Assembly (NCBI GenBank): GCA_027622665.1
Contig: JAQBYT010000009.1
Span: forward strand, 1-64,000
Direction: 5' to 3'
Length of the DNA: 64,000 bases
Source: Verrucomicrobiota bacterium
GTDB lineage: Bacteria > Verrucomicrobiota > Verrucomicrobiia > Opitutales > Seribacteraceae
The position numbers were made by a program, and so were the translations under genes. The stretch's first letter is position 1. The number at the start of each line of letters is the position of its first letter. Positions 49,794 to 60,156 of the stretch are shown piece after piece. The notes under the pieces were generated by a model. That model made no database searches and was not told the DNA's origin. It saw only the letters and a program-made list of their open reading frames with translations.

Positions 49794-51185
49794 CTAAATC
49801 AATTGCCTTATGGCCGATGCGCCATGAATGACTTGGGAAACTGCTTCCGGAATACCCGGTGTGGCTCGAACCACCCCAACATCTAGGATGGTTTCCATTA
49901 TGGTGGCGTAGAGGTTCGGGATGGTGACCCGGTCTGTGGCGGGTTCGCCGCCGTCCTTAGTGGAAGATCCCACAACTTGCCCCATGTTCAGTCCTCCGCC
50001 GTAAAGTAACAAGGGGGCCGAACCACTCCAGTGGTCGCGCCCGCCTTTTCCGTTGATCTTTGGTGAACGACCCATTTCGCCACAGCATACGAGCAGGATC
50101 TTTTCCTGCAGTCCGCGAGCCTCGACGTCCTCGATGAATGCGCTTACGGCATGGTCGAACGGACGACCAACGTATTCCATGCCCTCGGTCATAGTGGCGT
50201 TGTTGTTGTCGGCGTGCATGTCCCAGACGAAGTCGGTGCTCACGGTGATGAAGCCTGCTCCGCGTTCGGCCAACCTTCGGGCCAGCAGGAGGAGTTTGCC
50301 AAGGTTCTTTACGTGATTGGCATAACGCTGGTGGTTGTTCCATCGCTTGCTTATGCGGCTTACGTCGATCAACTTCGAAGTGTCGTACCGATCGATGACG
50401 CTGTCTTCCTCACTGGTAATGTCGAAGGCATCGGAAATGCCGCCGGTCAAGGTTTCCAGTGCTTGGGATTGAAATTTATCCAATCCACCCGTAACTTTTC
50501 CGGATTCCACGGTGCGCCGAAACTGATTCAGGCTGGTCAGCAAAGTACGCCTGTCACTCAGTCGATCGGGATCGATCGTTAATTGCATGTCGCGCCTGAG
50601 ATCGCTTTTCCCACTGGGTTGGAATGGTGCGTAAGCGGGACCCAAAGGGCCAGTGACGTCGAATTTACCCAATTTCATTATTGGGTTCGTAGCTCCTGCA
50701 TCCACTGCCTGCGGATGCAACCATACGTTTCTCGGCATACCGAACTGCGGGTGGCTTGCACCGGCAACTTTTGCGTAATGCGCTCCGATCTGAGCGCCCG
50801 AAGAAAATTCCTTACTGACGATGGGCTTGGAATCGTGATCTGCGCTTTGGGTGGTGAATGAGCGTACGATGGAAAACTTATCGTTAAGTTTGGCTAACTT
50901 TTCAAAGGTTGGCCCGAAAGTGATGCCGGGAATCTTCGTCTTGATTTCGCCCGTGGCGCTATGGATGTTCGATGGGGCATCCATCTTTGGGTCGAATGTT
51001 TCGAACTGGCTTGGACCACCGTGCATGAAGAGGAAGATTACGGTTTTGTCCTTGGCTATGCCCCCCACGGATTTCAACGCCTCCTCCGCTCGCAGAAAGT
51101 CAGGTAGGCTTAATCCGCCCAAGCCCAAGCTTCCCACCCTCAGGAAATCGCGCCTACCTAAGTAACTGTCAGTGAATTTTGACAT
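49794..51185 (-). CDS. DUF1501 domain protein
   Basis: RRDFLRVGSLG, GGPSQFETFDPK, WDMH, GEMGRSPKIN..GRDHW. Confidence 0.92.
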   Translation of the reverse strand: MSKFTDSYLGRRDFLRVGSLGLGGLSLPDFLRAEEALKSVGGIAKDKTVIFLFMHGGPSQFETFDPKMDAPSNIHSATGEIKTKIPGITFGPTFEKLAKLNDKFSIVRSFTTQSADHDSKPIVSKEFSSGAQIGAHYAKVAGASHPQFGMPRNVWLHPQAVDAGATNPIMKLGKFDVTGPLGPAYAPFQPSGKSDLRRDMQLTIDPDRLSDRRTLLTSLNQFRRTVESGKVTGGLDKFQSQALETLTGGISDAFDITSEEDSVIDRYDTSKLIDVSRISKRWNNHQRYANHVKNLGKLLLLARRLAERGAGFITVSTDFVWDMHADNNNATMTEGMEYVGRPFDHAVSAFIEDVEARGLQEKILLVCCGEMGRSPKINGKGGRDHWSGSAPLLLYGGGLNMGQVVGSSTKDGGEPATDRVTIPNLYATIMETILDVGVVRATPGIPEAVSQVIHGASAIRQLI

Positions 51186-51647
51186 CAGTAAATAACTCTG
51201 CTCATCATTATGTGCATTAGGCTTATAAATCAAAGGTTTCTTTAGTCGCTGAGACATTTTTTCGCTTTGACCTATTCCTTGATAATTATGTGGGTTGCTG
51301 GCATTCGTTTCATGGCGGCTGAATTGGCGAGGCGCGACCGAAATGATTCCTAGTGGCGAATAAGGAACGCCCTACAGGTCGATGCACGACGAGCCCAAGG
51401 CTGCTCTGGCCTATCTGGACAAGGTAAGAGAAAGCCTTTAGAGAAGGATGCCTCCTGTCAGTACGAGATCGGTCGCTGCAATTGCCTGTCGGGGATCTTA
51501 TTCCAAGAGAGCTTCGGCAATCAGCGTGAGCATGTTCCCGCTCGCTTTTATCCTGCCCACCAACTGCTGTTGTACGGAATCGGCGAATATCCGCGTTCGA
51601 TATTTTGGAACTGGCTTGAGATACGCGTGAGGGAGAGGCCCCAGCTT

Positions 51648-52181
51648 TCAGTTCGATTGGTTCCCGCATTTCGTCAATCCTTCTTGCCTAGCCACCATTT
51701 GGTGGAACACGGTGTCGGCCAAAATTTCATTGGTCGACAACATGGAGTTTATGGAAGTGATTGCGGAACGCAGTCGGTTTTTCTTGGCAACAGTCATTCG
51801 AGGCTCGGGTTCTTCTGGAGGCACTCGAGGTTGCCAAGGTCTAGTCAAGTTGGCCGCTTGGTTCTCACTTTTTTCTTCCTTCGAGGATTCTTCATTTCCC
51901 GAGTGTTTTCTCAGCATTTCTGCCAGCTTTGGTCCCCGCGGTTTCACAGCCCACGACCATAACATTTCCCCCGTGTCGTGCGTAGCGAGTTTGATCAGGA
52001 GAAGTGGAATTTTAAGCGTGAACCACCAGTAATTGAATTTCATCTTCTTGGTGTCGGTGAACACTTGTTCCGCTTGAGCGCAATTGCCGGCACTTTTATC
52101 GGATGCACAATCACTTTGAAATTGATCCAATGCAGATTGAGGTGGCATCTCCCGTTGCTGAGAGCGCCACGGAATAGTCAC
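51648..52181 (-). CDS. Hypothetical protein (start uncertain)
   Basis: 177-aa ORF, no recognisable motif. Confidence 0.3.
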   Translation of the reverse strand: MTIPWRSQQREMPPQSALDQFQSDCASDKSAGNCAQAEQVFTDTKKMKFNYWWFTLKIPLLLIKLATHDTGEMLWSWAVKPRGPKLAEMLRKHSGNEESSKEEKSENQAANLTRPWQPRVPPEEPEPRMTVAKKNRLRSAITSINSMLSTNEILADTVFHQMVARQEGLTKCGNQSN

Positions 52182-52449
52182 GCCGGGAACCTCCGTTACC
52201 GTAACTCTACATTCAGGTAATGGGGCTCCCTTAGGGTAAACTTGGTTGTACTCTCTAAAAAGAAATGAGGTATCGGCTTTTGCTTCAACTCGGCTTCCCG
52301 ATCTCCAATATTAATGGAGGCGTGCCTCATGTGGCAAAGGCGCTTCAGTTTTCATAAACGGGTTTCTTCCCCTTCCCCTCAAGCCGAAAGAAACCTTTAG
52401 CTTTCTTTTCAAGCTGACAACGGAAGCGCAACCCCGATAACTCTTCGAC

Positions 52450-53385
52450 ATGATCGCCAAACTTCCTCGTTGTGAAATCGTTCCTTTGCCTGATGACCGG
52501 ACTTCTTTTCGGGTGGATGGTCTTGAGAGGACAATGTGGCATTTCGACCCGAAGTACGAAAGGCCTTTCTTTTTTCCTTTTAACGGACCTTCGGGTGCGT
52601 CGCTCACGCGAATGGGGCATCCCGGAGCACAAAACCATGATCACCACCGCTCGCTTTGGTTTGCTCATGCCGATGTCGGCGGATTTGACTTCTGGTCGAA
52701 TCAAAGCAAGTCCGGCATCCGGCAGAAGAACTGGTTGGTCTTCGATGATGGGGCCGACGAAGCGATCATGGCGAGTGCGCTCGGTTGGTTCGATGACCAA
52801 GGCCGTGAGTTGATGGAGCAGGAACTTGTGGTGAGCCTGAAACCCTTGAAGGATGGCGAGCATTTATTCGAGTTGCAGGCTACCTTTAGGCCGAAGGGAG
52901 AGAAGCTGACATTAGGAAAAACCAATTTCGGTTTTCTCGCAGTTCGCGTAGCAAAGAGCATTGCGGCTTACTGGGGTGGAGGCGAGCTAACGAATTCCGA
53001 GGGTCTTCGTGGCGAGAAGATGATTTTCGGTCAGGCTGCGCGATGGATGGACTACAGCGGTCCGGTACCTGAGGGCCAGGGGGCGACTAGGAAGACCGTC
53101 AAGGAGGGAATAACTTATTTCGACCATTCCTCGAATCCTCGCCATCCTGTTCATTGGCATGTGCGGGAGGATGGCTGGATGGGCGCATCCTTCTGCATGC
53201 TTGAGTCATATGTCATCGAACGGGAACAGCCACTCGTCCTTCGCTATTTGCTCCATGCACACTCTGGGAACGTTTTGCAAAGTCGAGCCGATGCCCTTCA
53301 CGAGACCTTTGTTAAAAGTAAAGGCTTCCGTGTCTTCAAATCTAAAAAGCCCCATCGTCAAGTCGAGGTGGAGCGGTTCGGTTAG
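52450..53385 (+). CDS. PmoA-like / DUF6807 family protein
   Basis: RPFFFP, HDHHRSLWFAH, FGFLAVRV, WMDYSG, DHSSNP..WHVR. Confidence 0.8.
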   Translation: MIAKLPRCEIVPLPDDRTSFRVDGLERTMWHFDPKYERPFFFPFNGPSGASLTRMGHPGAQNHDHHRSLWFAHADVGGFDFWSNQSKSGIRQKNWLVFDDGADEAIMASALGWFDDQGRELMEQELVVSLKPLKDGEHLFELQATFRPKGEKLTLGKTNFGFLAVRVAKSIAAYWGGGELTNSEGLRGEKMIFGQAARWMDYSGPVPEGQGATRKTVKEGITYFDHSSNPRHPVHWHVREDGWMGASFCMLESYVIEREQPLVLRYLLHAHSGNVLQSRADALHETFVKSKGFRVFKSKKPHRQVEVERFG

Positions 53386-53400
53386 GGAAGACCAACCACC

Positions 53401-54816
53401 TTAGACCGACCTGGCTTGTTCCTCTCCTTCGTCCGGAGAGTCACCGGGTTCCTCAAGGATGCTTGGGAGTGGAGCCGATTCCGAATCACCTTCCGCGAGG
53501 GCAGCTTGGAAGGTTGCGGGAATTTCTTTTTTTGAGGTGATGCCTAGTTTTTTGAGTTCCTCGGTGCGTCGAAGGATGTTTCCTTTTCCCTCGGATAGTT
53601 TGTTGAGGGCTGCCTCGTGGGCTCCGGAGGCTTTGGCGAGAGCCTTTCCGATATCTTCGACGTCCTGCAGGAAATTAGCGAACTTATCGTAGAGAGCACC
53701 GGCTTTTTCGGCAATTTTCTTGGCGTTCAAGTTTTGCTTTTCAAGTCGCCAAACATTGGCAACTGTCCGGATGGTGGCCATTAGCGTGCTGGTGGTGACG
53801 GGTACGATTCCTTTTCGAAACGCGTATTCATAAAGCTCGGAGTCGGCCCTTATCGCAGTCCCGAAGGCGGGTTCGATGGGGAAGAACATGAGGACGTAGT
53901 CGAGGCTGGTGATCCCCTCGATGGATTGGTAGTCCTTGGCTGCGAGTTCGTCGATATGGTTGCGGACGGAGCGGAGGTGTTCCTTGAGGGCGGTATCGCG
54001 GTCGACTCCTTCGTCTAACGAGCACCATCTCTCGTAGGCGGTGAGAGACATCTTTGAGTCCACTATGATCTGGCGGTTCTCGGGAAGACGAATGATGGCG
54101 TCGGGGCGTTTTCGGTCGAAGGTTTCCTGCATGGTGAACTCGCGACCCTTCTCCAAGCCCGAGGCTTCAAGGGTGCGCTCTAGGATTAATTCTCCCCAAT
54201 CGCCCTGCTTCTTGGAATCTCCCTTGAGAGCATTGGTCAGGTTTTCGGCGTTTCCGCTAAGTTGCGTCTGAGCTTTGACAATCATCTCGAGGTGTTCGCG
54301 AAGGGCTGCTCGTTCGCGGTTGTCTTGACCGTAGAATTTGTCCACCTGTTCTTGGAATTCCTTGATCTTGACGCCCAAGGGGTCGAGTACTTGTTTGAGG
54401 TTTTCCTTGTTGGTCGCGGTGAACTTTTCGGTCTTGGCGTCGAGCACCTTGTTTGCGAGGTTTTCGAACTGTTCTCGGAGTCTCTTTTCACCTTGCTCCA
54501 GATCTTCCGTTTGCTTGGACAATCGTTCTGTCAGATGCTCGTTTTTGGTGCGTGTTTCGGCCAAGGAAGTCTGAGATTCCATTAAGTTTTGATTGATGGC
54601 GTTTTCCTGTTCGCGCGTTTCCGCGAGTGTTGCCTTGAGCATTTGGATCTCGGTGGCCATCGCTTGAGCCGAAGCCCCGGCATAAATAATTTTTTCACGC
54701 AATTCCTTTTCCTCTTCTCGTGAAAGTCCTTGCTTCCCTTTTGCCCATAGAAAAACGATGAGTCCGCCAATTAGAAAGCAGGTAAAAAGAGAGAGTACCA
54801 AGTAAAACGGTTCCAT
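53401..54816 (-). CDS. rmuC: DNA recombination protein RmuC
   Basis: N-terminal TM helix, coiled coil, QGDWGELILE, RPDAIIRLP..IVDSKMSL, DYVLMFFPIE. Confidence 0.92.
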   Translation of the reverse strand: MEPFYLVLSLFTCFLIGGLIVFLWAKGKQGLSREEEKELREKIIYAGASAQAMATEIQMLKATLAETREQENAINQNLMESQTSLAETRTKNEHLTERLSKQTEDLEQGEKRLREQFENLANKVLDAKTEKFTATNKENLKQVLDPLGVKIKEFQEQVDKFYGQDNRERAALREHLEMIVKAQTQLSGNAENLTNALKGDSKKQGDWGELILERTLEASGLEKGREFTMQETFDRKRPDAIIRLPENRQIIVDSKMSLTAYERWCSLDEGVDRDTALKEHLRSVRNHIDELAAKDYQSIEGITSLDYVLMFFPIEPAFGTAIRADSELYEYAFRKGIVPVTTSTLMATIRTVANVWRLEKQNLNAKKIAEKAGALYDKFANFLQDVEDIGKALAKASGAHEAALNKLSEGKGNILRRTEELKKLGITSKKEIPATFQAALAEGDSESAPLPSILEEPGDSPDEGEEQARSV

Positions 54817-54942
54817 ATAGTTAACGCTGGTAAATTGCCTTGCCTCCCGAGTTAAGTCAAGGAGACCGAGCGAATTGTCCTTTGACGAATGTTTTTTCTT
54901 TATGATTGTGGAACTTCACACTGTCGTTATTTCAAGTTTTCA

Positions 54943-55305
54943 ATGAATGGAATAATGACTGCCAAGTGGAAGATTCTCTTTCTGGCCTATTGCGGGACAA
55001 TTCTTTATCTTTCGAGCCTCTCTCCCAATGAATTGCCTGAAGGACCTGCTCTCGTTTCGGATAAAGTGCTTCACCTTTGTGAATATGGTTTGTTTGGAAT
55101 TCTGTCTTGGGGGGCCTTTGCCGTCCGCAAAGGAGTTTTCCCTTGGGGATTGGTTGTGCTCGGAGCATGGTTCGGCATCATGGACGAGTGCTGGCAAGAC
55201 TGGATTGGGAAATCCCGTTCAGCCGAGGTCTGGGACGCGGCTGCCGATGCCGCGGGCAGCCTGTTGGGCGTTACGGTAGCCCAGTTGTTTTGGATTAAGC
55301 GCTAG
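54943..55305 (+). CDS. VanZ-family membrane protein
   Basis: DKVLHLCEY..DECWQ..RS..DAAAD. Confidence 0.85.
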   Translation: MNGIMTAKWKILFLAYCGTILYLSSLSPNELPEGPALVSDKVLHLCEYGLFGILSWGAFAVRKGVFPWGLVVLGAWFGIMDECWQDWIGKSRSAEVWDAAADAAGSLLGVTVAQLFWIKR

Positions 55306-55326
55306 AGCGTCGGGAAGTGAGGACCC

Positions 55327-56766
55327 TCAAGGCAACGAGGCCTTCTCGTCGGTTGCGTTGAATTCCACGGCGGCTTGCGGAGCAGGCATGGAGCAGGTGA
55401 TTGTTTCCGTCCAGACGGAAGGCAATTGAGTCGCGTCACCTTCTGATCCTAGCGTACGGATGCGCAAGTAATAAGTTTTGCCGAGTTCTCTTGCAGTGAA
55501 GTCTCCTGTAAGGACTTCGTGATTTTCGATCCGTTGATCCATACCTGAAGTAAAGTTCCCGTCCTCGGCGATTTCGATTTCGTAGCGCAAGGTCTCGTTC
55601 TCGTTCTCGGGGGGTTGCCAAGTTGCGGTAAGCATGGTCGGTTCATCACGCGAGATGGCAAGCGTAGGATTGAGAGGCGAATCCAATGAGGTGACAGGCA
55701 TATCGAAAAGCAAGGAAGTTATCTGGCTCTCGATATCTTTGATGTTCCCATCCTTGGGAACAACTTTAAGTTCAAAATTGAAGCTTCCGTAAGCCTTGGA
55801 GTCATCCAACACGCGAAATGGGGCGGTGATCTGAAAGTCGCCGTAAAGTTCGCTTTTCGCTTCGCCGATATAGACTCTTAAGAAATATTCAATGGGCCCG
55901 AGGTTATTGGTGATTGGATTCCATGACACGCGAACATCCTGACCCGCGATTGATGCGGCAAGGTTTTCGGGGGAGTCTAGTTCATTGCCCGGGACTCGAA
56001 ACTGGGTTACGAAGGGGGTGGACGCTATGTCCTCGACATTGTCGGCTGCGGGTCCGTAACGGAAGCGCAACCAGTATGTTTTTTCGCTGATAAGAGGAAA
56101 GTCATTAAAAGACGTTTCACGTGTAACCAGTTCTTTGATTAGAATCTTGGTTTCAAAGTCTTCATAGATTTGAAGGCTGTAATCGATGAGTCCGGAAGAC
56201 TTTACTTTCGGCCATTCAAATGAGACTGAACCGAAGTCGGGCTTTATGATGATACCTCCGTACGATCCTGCATCTAAGTTTGTGGCGAGCGAAATGACAA
56301 GGGGTTGGCTAGGCAGATAACGATCATCCTCTGTCGCCGGCATAGCCGAGATTCGGACATAGTGCACTGTTGCTGGAGCAAGGCCTTCAAAGAAGGCGAT
56401 GTATTCGTCGACATATGTCTTTGAGAAAAGAATCTTTTCAAAGTCGGCATCGGTGGAGAGTTCGAGTTTGAAGACCGGCCCCGGGATTTTACCATCCACC
56501 CAGTTCTCGGGATCAAGCCAAGTAACGCCGAAGGAAGTGGAGTTGAGGTCGTTGATGTCGGCCATGGGTATATCCAACGGTCCGCCCGATCCATCCATCG
56601 GTCCCGGGGGGAGTCCTTCTTGGCCCGAACCTTTTCCTTCTGCGAACTCTTTACCTTGAGTGGTTTTATCGTTGCTTTGTCCGTCCGGCAAGTCTTCGGG
56701 ATCGGACGAACAAGCCCCTAAAGCGAATATTAGTATGGGCATTAGGATCAACGCGGGCGTCTTCAT
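55327..56766 (-). CDS. Lipoprotein with tandem fibronectin type III-like domains
   Basis: Lipobox LGAC; repeated P..L..VSW..Y..Y..RI patterns. Confidence 0.75.
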   Translation of the reverse strand: MKTPALILMPILIFALGACSSDPEDLPDGQSNDKTTQGKEFAEGKGSGQEGLPPGPMDGSGGPLDIPMADINDLNSTSFGVTWLDPENWVDGKIPGPVFKLELSTDADFEKILFSKTYVDEYIAFFEGLAPATVHYVRISAMPATEDDRYLPSQPLVISLATNLDAGSYGGIIIKPDFGSVSFEWPKVKSSGLIDYSLQIYEDFETKILIKELVTRETSFNDFPLISEKTYWLRFRYGPAADNVEDIASTPFVTQFRVPGNELDSPENLAASIAGQDVRVSWNPITNNLGPIEYFLRVYIGEAKSELYGDFQITAPFRVLDDSKAYGSFNFELKVVPKDGNIKDIESQITSLLFDMPVTSLDSPLNPTLAISRDEPTMLTATWQPPENENETLRYEIEIAEDGNFTSGMDQRIENHEVLTGDFTARELGKTYYLRIRTLGSEGDATQLPSVWTETITCSMPAPQAAVEFNATDEKASLP

Positions 56767-56879
56767 GCTTTGATTGGAAGCGCAGAACGGGCATTTGTCC
56801 AGAATCTTATGTTTCTCATCTCATCGGCATGCTGTTTATCCCTTGCCTAGGGCTTGCTAGTTCTTTGATGGTGTCGTTC

Positions 56880-57839
56880 ATGAAATTAACTGGTCGACAA
56901 TCCTTCTCTCTAGACAACCAAATCAGTCTTAACCGCCGCGGCATGCTCAAAGGTGCGGTCGGCGTTTTGGCGGGAAGTCTTGCTTCCGCAGGCACTGTTA
57001 ATAGTGCTCCTCGAGACGTCAAGAAACGTAAAGCCAAAGCGATCGGGGTAAAGAAGGGTCGCATCAATCAGTCCGTTGTTTCGTGGTGCTTCGCCAAGCA
57101 CTGGAGTACTGAGGAAATGTGTTCGGTGGCCAACAAGCTTGGTTGCAAAAGTATTGAGTTGATCGAACCCGAGCATTGGCCGGTTCTCAAAAAGCATGGC
57201 TTGACTTGCGCCATATCTCCTATCCTGGTGGAAGGTCCCCCCTTCATCAAGGGGTTCAACAATCCAAAGTACCACGCCATGGTTATCGAGGCGACTCGGA
57301 AGGCCATTGATGCCTCCGCCGACTTCGGTTGTCCCAACGTTATCTCCTTCACTGGTTACGCCGAGGACGTTTCCTCTGCGTCCGGCGCTAAGAATTGTGT
57401 CGAGGGTTACAAAAAAATCATCGGTCATGCTGAGAAAAAAGGAGTTACCCTATGCCTCGAGATGCTAAACACTCGCGACGATTCCGATCCGAACAAGGGG
57501 CACCCCGGTTATCAGGGGGATCACGTCGATTATTGTATGGATATCATCAAGCAGGTGGGGTCTCCCAGACTCAAGCTTCTCTTTGATATTTATCACGTGC
57601 AGATTATGGACGGAGACGTTATTCGGCGCATTCATGAGTGCGGAGAGCACATCGGTCACGTCCACACGGCGGGCAATCCCGGACGCGGGGAACTGGATGA
57701 CAAGCAGGAGATCAACTACCCGCCAATCATGAAGGCGCTTCTGGAGATCAAGTACAAGGGTTTCGTCGGTCAGGAGTTCATTCCCACCCGAGAACCTTTT
57801 AAGGGTCTCTCTCAAGCCGTTTCTCTCTGCGACGTGTAG
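56880..57839 (+). CDS. Hydroxypyruvate isomerase-like TIM-barrel protein with Tat signal
   Basis: NRRGMLKG, LEMLN, LFDIYHVQIMDGD, HVHTAGNPGRGE, GQEF. Confidence 0.88.
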   Translation: MKLTGRQSFSLDNQISLNRRGMLKGAVGVLAGSLASAGTVNSAPRDVKKRKAKAIGVKKGRINQSVVSWCFAKHWSTEEMCSVANKLGCKSIELIEPEHWPVLKKHGLTCAISPILVEGPPFIKGFNNPKYHAMVIEATRKAIDASADFGCPNVISFTGYAEDVSSASGAKNCVEGYKKIIGHAEKKGVTLCLEMLNTRDDSDPNKGHPGYQGDHVDYCMDIIKQVGSPRLKLLFDIYHVQIMDGDVIRRIHECGEHIGHVHTAGNPGRGELDDKQEINYPPIMKALLEIKYKGFVGQEFIPTREPFKGLSQAVSLCDV

Positions 57840-57909
57840 CGGTTCTCCCTTTGGGATTGCTTCGTGGCGCGGTTTTAACTACGCCTCGTTTCCGAAGAGT
57901 TTCAGGAAA

Positions 57910-58884
57910 ATGGGGGGGATGCAATTCATTGATTTGTTCTGTGGCGTAGGTGGTTTCCGCTGGGCTTTGGATGCACTCGGTCATAAATGTGTCTTTTCTT
58001 CAGACATCGATCCTCACGCCCAAGAAACCTATGCCCTTAATTTTGGAGAAAAGCCATTCGGCGACATTACTTGCATCGATCCTTCCGATATACCGGGTCA
58101 CGACGTCGTATGCGGAGGTTTTCCTTGCCAACCCTTCAGTATCTCAGGGAAACAACTAGGTTTCGAGGATGCTCGAGGCACCCTCCTTTATCATATTCTT
58201 CGGATAGCCGAGCGGCATCAACCCAAGGTTCTCTTTCTAGAGAACGTAAAGAATTATCGTGGTCACAACGGCGGACGCACTCTTGCGACGACCTTGCAGT
58301 TGCTCGATCGAGTCGGTTACCACTGCCATCACTCCCTCCTCAACGCTTCGAGTTATGGTGTACCTCAAAAGCGAGAGCGGTTGTACTTCGTCTGTTTTCG
58401 AAAAGATCTTGGACTTTCCGAGTTTTCTTTTCCCGAACCTACGAAAGAGGACGTCGCCGTCGAGGACGTCCTCCTCCCTTCGAGCGATCCCCGGCTGGAG
58501 AAACTTTTCGTTCGTCGCCCCGACACGTTTATTTCCACGGACCTTCCGGTGGGACGCGACTTGCGACCCCTGCGGGTCGGCACTATCGGAAAGGGAGGTC
58601 AAGGTGAGCGAATCTATAGCGTCAAGGGTCATGCCATAACCCTGTCTGCCTTTGGAGGTGGCGTTGGAGCCAAAACCGGAATGTATCTCGTTGACGGTCA
58701 TCCTCGCCGTCTTCATCCCGAGGAATGCCGACGCGTCATGAGCTTTCCCGAAGGCTTCAAGCTCCATCCCAATCGGAATGTGAGCTACAAGCAGTTCGGC
58801 AATTCGGTCGCGGTCAAGGTGGTGCGATTGATCTTCGAACAAGTTGAAAGTCTTTTACGTGGCAAGAAGCGTTTGACCGCTTGA
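57910..58884 (+). CDS. C5-cytosine DNA methyltransferase, M.HhaI-like
   Basis: FIDLFCGVGG, GFPCQPFS, ENV, PQKRER, QFGNSV; TRD GKGGQGERIYS..AITLSAFGGG..KTG resembles M.HhaI. Confidence 0.93.
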   Translation: MGGMQFIDLFCGVGGFRWALDALGHKCVFSSDIDPHAQETYALNFGEKPFGDITCIDPSDIPGHDVVCGGFPCQPFSISGKQLGFEDARGTLLYHILRIAERHQPKVLFLENVKNYRGHNGGRTLATTLQLLDRVGYHCHHSLLNASSYGVPQKRERLYFVCFRKDLGLSEFSFPEPTKEDVAVEDVLLPSSDPRLEKLFVRRPDTFISTDLPVGRDLRPLRVGTIGKGGQGERIYSVKGHAITLSAFGGGVGAKTGMYLVDGHPRRLHPEECRRVMSFPEGFKLHPNRNVSYKQFGNSVAVKVVRLIFEQVESLLRGKKRLTA

Positions 58885-59444
58885 TAAGTCTGGGAATCTA
58901 ATGCGTTCACTGGTTTCCTTTTATCCGATGCAAGCAGTTCGGTTCGATCACCTTTATCTTTTCGCTTCCTTTTCCGACTTAATACCTGTTCCATGATCTG
59001 GTAGAATGACCAGCATGTCAGATTTCGATGCCCCGAAAAAGCCCGCATGGGCTTGTGCTCTTGTGCCCGTGCTCCTTGAATCGACGTCAGCGGGACTTTA
59101 TTGGTTCCTCTCTGCAAGAGGAGAGGGCGGGGGAGGTGATCCACCCGTAGATGGCTTTGGCTAAGACCTGGTTCATTCCTCACACGCAAAGGCGCCAAGC
59201 ACTGGGTCCCCGGCGAAGTCATCGTTCTAGCAATGACATCATAGACCCCACATCTCACCATCCTTTGGCGATAAGGTTCTCCAAGTATTGAAACGACAAT
59301 ATTAGCTTGCGACGCTTTTGGAAATGTCGGTTTGGCTTTCATATATTAATGTCTTCACTTCAAACATTAGCTAGCTAACTTTAAAATCGGATTGCTTCCC
59401 CAATTCCTTTCCCGTAGTTGAATACATCTTGCTTTAAGGTTTCA

Positions 59445-59537
59445 GGAGAGATGGCAGAGTGGTCGAATGCGCTGGTTTGCTAAACCGGTGAAGGGCTAAT
59501 CGTCCTTCCACGGGTTCGAATCCCGTTCTCTCCGCCA
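59445..59537 (+). tRNA. tRNA-Ser (GCT)
   Basis: GGAGAGATGGCAGAGTGGTCGAATGCG-CTGGTTTGCTAAACCGG, long variable arm, GGGTTCGAATCCCGTTCTCTCCGCCA. Confidence 0.96.
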
Positions 59538-59549
59538 TTTTAAGTAGTT

Positions 59550-59577
59550 AAGTCCCAGTAGTTTGGGACTTTTCTTT
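59550..59577 (+). terminator. Rho-independent terminator after tRNA-Ser
   Basis: AAGTCCCA-GTAGTT-TGGGACTT followed by TTCTTT. Confidence 0.7.
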
Positions 59578-59590
59578 GTGTCCTGTCCTG

Positions 59591-59730
59591 TACTCAAGCA
59601 GTGGAATCCACCAGACCCGCGACGTCGGACAATACGCGGCCAACCCGTGGGGCTTCTTCGACATGCACGGAAACGTCTGGGAATGGTGTGCGGACTGGTA
59701 CGGAAATTACCCAACTGGTGCAGTGCGCGA
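59591..59730 (+). pseudogene. Internal fragment of an FGE-sulfatase (SUMF1/CLec) domain gene
   Basis: [43 protein letters not shown]; no N-terminus and no terminal RGGSW..GFR segment. Confidence 0.8.
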
Positions 59731-59945
59731 CCTTTTCGGCACCGATTACGCCGGCGGCCAGGTGGCGGACGACCTTACCCTTTGAATCAAGTATGGCTAC
59801 TTCTACATCTGTCTTGGCACTAACGGCAAAGGTGATCTTGACTTTGCCGCCGGCCGTGACGGTCGAGGGCTTGGTCGCGAACTTGACTTCGCCGCCTAAT
59901 GCCACTGAACAAATTTGGGTAAGCAGAACGAGGTAGAGGATATTC
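59725..59945 (-). pseudogene. 5' fragment of a secreted protein with a FlgD-like Ig domain
   Basis: Hydrophobic leader then [38 protein letters not shown]; truncated at ~59725. Confidence 0.55.
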
Positions 59946-60156
59946 TCCTCAAGGGATGTAATGTATTGGGTGGTCACTCCGGGCGAAGCCACGTACGCAC
60001 GATGAACCGAACAATCGGCAGGTGACTGATAGGGAACTTGATTCCGCGTGACCGTGCGTCGGCCCGGGCGTGAGGGGTTTAATGTTGATTCGCATAGGAG
60101 GCAGATCCTGGGCACAAGAAGACTCGGCTGACAGACTTCATAATGCAACTTTTCAT

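Noticed and set aside
51280..51640. Possible degraded TPR-like gene on the plus strand
   Set aside because: Only a faint resemblance interrupted by stops; not supportable by eye
52450..53385. Methane monooxygenase, from the PmoA family label
   Set aside because: This is the soluble PmoA-like/DUF6807 family; no TM helices and no pmoB/pmoC
58785..59342. 185-aa minus ORF as the cognate restriction endonuclease
   Set aside because: No PD-(D/E)xK, HNH or GIY-YIG motif recognisable, and it overlaps the MTase 3' end by 100 bp
59591..59730. FGE/CLec fragment as a diversity-generating retroelement template repeat
   Set aside because: No reverse transcriptase or matching variable repeat in the window, and the fragment lacks the terminal segment that DGRs usually diversify
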